Positions 61,781 through 64,000 of a stretch of 64,000 bases of DNA are shown here, piece by piece (the first letter of the stretch is position 1; each line of letters opens with the position of its first letter). The DNA comes from Macrostomum lignano. Lineage: Eukaryota. A program made the position numbers and the translations under genes. A model generated the notes under the pieces. That model saw only the letters and a program-made list of their open reading frames with translations, was not told the DNA's origin and made no database searches. The DNA is taken from positions 18,181-82,180 of the forward strand of contig NIVC01000818.1 in NCBI GenBank assembly GCA_002269645.1, read 5' to 3'.

Positions 61781-62982
61781 CAGCAAAACACAAGCAGCTC
61801 AGCTCCCCCTTTGTCCATCTTGACCATGCAGCAGAGAGACAAGAAACAAAGCTCGCTTTGTCTCGCTTGATTGACACGGCTGACAGTTTTTCTCAGCCTC
61901 CCTAGGTAAGGTGGTTTAATCTCCATACAGTCATGCGGCTTGCCCACAGACCTGCATCTGCACTCCCGCAGGGCAGGATGAATGACACGGCTATGGCAAT
62001 TTCCTGAATCTGCACGGATCGCCTTCAGGAAGTGGATCCGAAGCGCGCGCGAAGAACTGCTGCGGAGTTCTCTGCATGACTGCTTCTCCTAGTAGCAGCT
62101 TTCTTCTGCTTCGCACAGCAACGCGGGTGGTCGCGCGTTTTCTCCAGCGCTGGAGGAAGCACTGCCGCTCCGAGCAACCCCAGGGAGGTCATTGTTAAGC
62201 TACACGAAACCAAGTGAAGCTACGGATGGCAGCTAATACAAAAAAATTGAAACAAAAGACAGCAGCGAGAATGCTTTGCATGGCATGCCTTGTCAGAGAA
62301 CTTCTAAAAAGATTAACTGAGCAGCTGTCAGCAAAGATTCAGAGCTTCAATCTTGGGCAGTGTTGAATGAAAGCACTACATAATGAAGAGTGCGAGTTGA
62401 GCATGATCGAGCATTGTACTAATGCACTGATGCTCATCCGAAACATTCAAACTGATGGACACCTGAAGCATCTCATTCACCCGATGAAAACAGTAACCTT
62501 GGCCAAGAAGCGTCCCGGAGTCATTTGCGCCGCCCGGGAATCGTTGCAGGGACACAGGTAAAATAGAAAAGTTACCTAAGACGACTCTAAAACGATGAGA
62601 TGTCACAGTATAAGTCGCCATAAAAAATTACCTTAGAGTCAATTTGAGGCATTGTCTCTGGATTCTGAAACGATTATGGGCGCTTCTACATGTATAATGA
62701 CTCTGGGGCCGTGGAGTCGTACCTGATACGTACTAGAGTCCGCAGAAAGTTAAGCGCTCTCGGACGATTTTTTCGCGACTGTTACGATTCTAAAACTCGC
62801 GTGATTCGCCCATGACTCAACAGTCGCCTCTCCGTTGCATTTACAGTCGGTTGAGTCGAGAGTCGTCCCAGAGCCACTAGTGAACTGTTGGCAAGGATTC
62901 TTTTAGCGATTCTTGTCACGATAACGTTTTCAACGGTTGACCCGACAGACACCCGAAACATCCCACTCGTATTCAACCCCAA

Positions 62983-63780
62983 GGACACCTGAGACATCCC
63001 TGTTCAACCAAATTGACACCTGAGACATCCCGTTCAACCAAATTGACACCTGAGACATCCCGTTCAACCAAATTGACACCTGAGACATCCCTGTTCAAAA
63101 ATTGACACCTGAGACATCCCTGTTCAACCAAATTGACACCTGAGACATCCCTGTTCAACCAAATTGACACCTGAGACATCCCTGTTCAACCAAATTGACA
63201 CCTGAGACATCCCTGTTCAACCAAATGGACACCTGAAACATCCCGTTCAACCAAATGGACACCTGAGACATCCCGTTCAACCAAATGGACACCTGAAACA
63301 TCCCGTTCAACCAAATGGACACCTGAGACATCCCGTTCAACCAAATGGACACCTGAGACATCCCGTTCAACCAAATGGACACCTGAAACATCCCGTTCAA
63401 CCAAATGGACACCTGAGACATCTCGTTCAACCAAATGGACACCTGAGACATCCCGTTCAACCAAATGGACACCTGTGACATCCCGTTCAACCAAATGGAC
63501 ACCTGAAACATCCCGTTCAACCAAATGGACACCTGAAACATCCCATGCAATCTAATGGACACCTGAAACATCCCATGCAAGCTAATGGACACCTGAAACA
63601 TCCCATGCAATCTAATGGACACCTGAAACATCCCATGCAATCTAATGGACACCTGAAACATCCCATGCAACCCAATGGACACCTTAAACATCCCATGCAA
63701 CCCAATGGACACATGAAAAAACCCATGCAACCCAATGGACACCTGAAACATCCCATGCAACCCAATGGACACTTTAAACA
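62983..63780. repeat. 30-31-bp minisatellite (ggacacctgagacatcccgttcaaccaaat)n, about 26 copies in three successive variant blocks
   Basis: Directly visible. Confidence 0.95.
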
Positions 63781-64000
63781 GAAACTAAAGCAACAATATC
63801 AATAAATATTAATGATTGAATAGCGAAAACAAGTCGAAAATACGTATTTTTCCAGTTGGTTAAAAGATAGCCAAGTATATTGTGTTAGTTCGATATAACA
63901 AAATTTAACCAAAAATCTTGCTGATTGGGCAAAAATCCTCATAATGGAACGTTGAAATTGAAATGGACAAACAGAGCAGCAGACAGGTCAATAAATTTAT

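Overview
AT-rich, intron-containing animal genomic DNA with GC-rich exons and a very high minisatellite load. The style suggests a free-living flatworm such as Macrostomum, but this is an inference and was not verified. The left quarter holds three single-copy genes: a GRASP55/65 gene on the minus strand (3 coding exons assembled by hand), an ankyrin-repeat plus MAP3K19-like kinase (5 exons, phases consistent) and a SUMO-like-domain protein lacking a C-terminal diglycine. From 18 to 62 kb there is a cluster of nine two-exon genes encoding small predicted secreted proteins (signal peptide + WSC domain + PAN/Apple domain), seven on + and two on -. Their WSC exons are highly divergent or vary in discrete loops, whereas the 3' part of the PAN exon is nearly identical at nucleotide level in eight of nine copies, giving a variable-plus-constant architecture with signs of gene conversion. 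One copy has a frameshift apparently rescued by a splice-acceptor shift, and four copies carry RFX X-box-like motifs upstream. The genes lie among segmental duplications, non-autonomous Helitron-like elements, two tRNA-derived SINE families, a decayed DIRS/Ngaro retrotransposon and more than 15 tandem-repeat arrays. Four of these arrays can be traced to monomers or short runs in the paralogous segment. Most long ORFs in the supplied track are artefacts of tandem repeats. All exon boundaries were read by eye; repeat boundaries are approximate.
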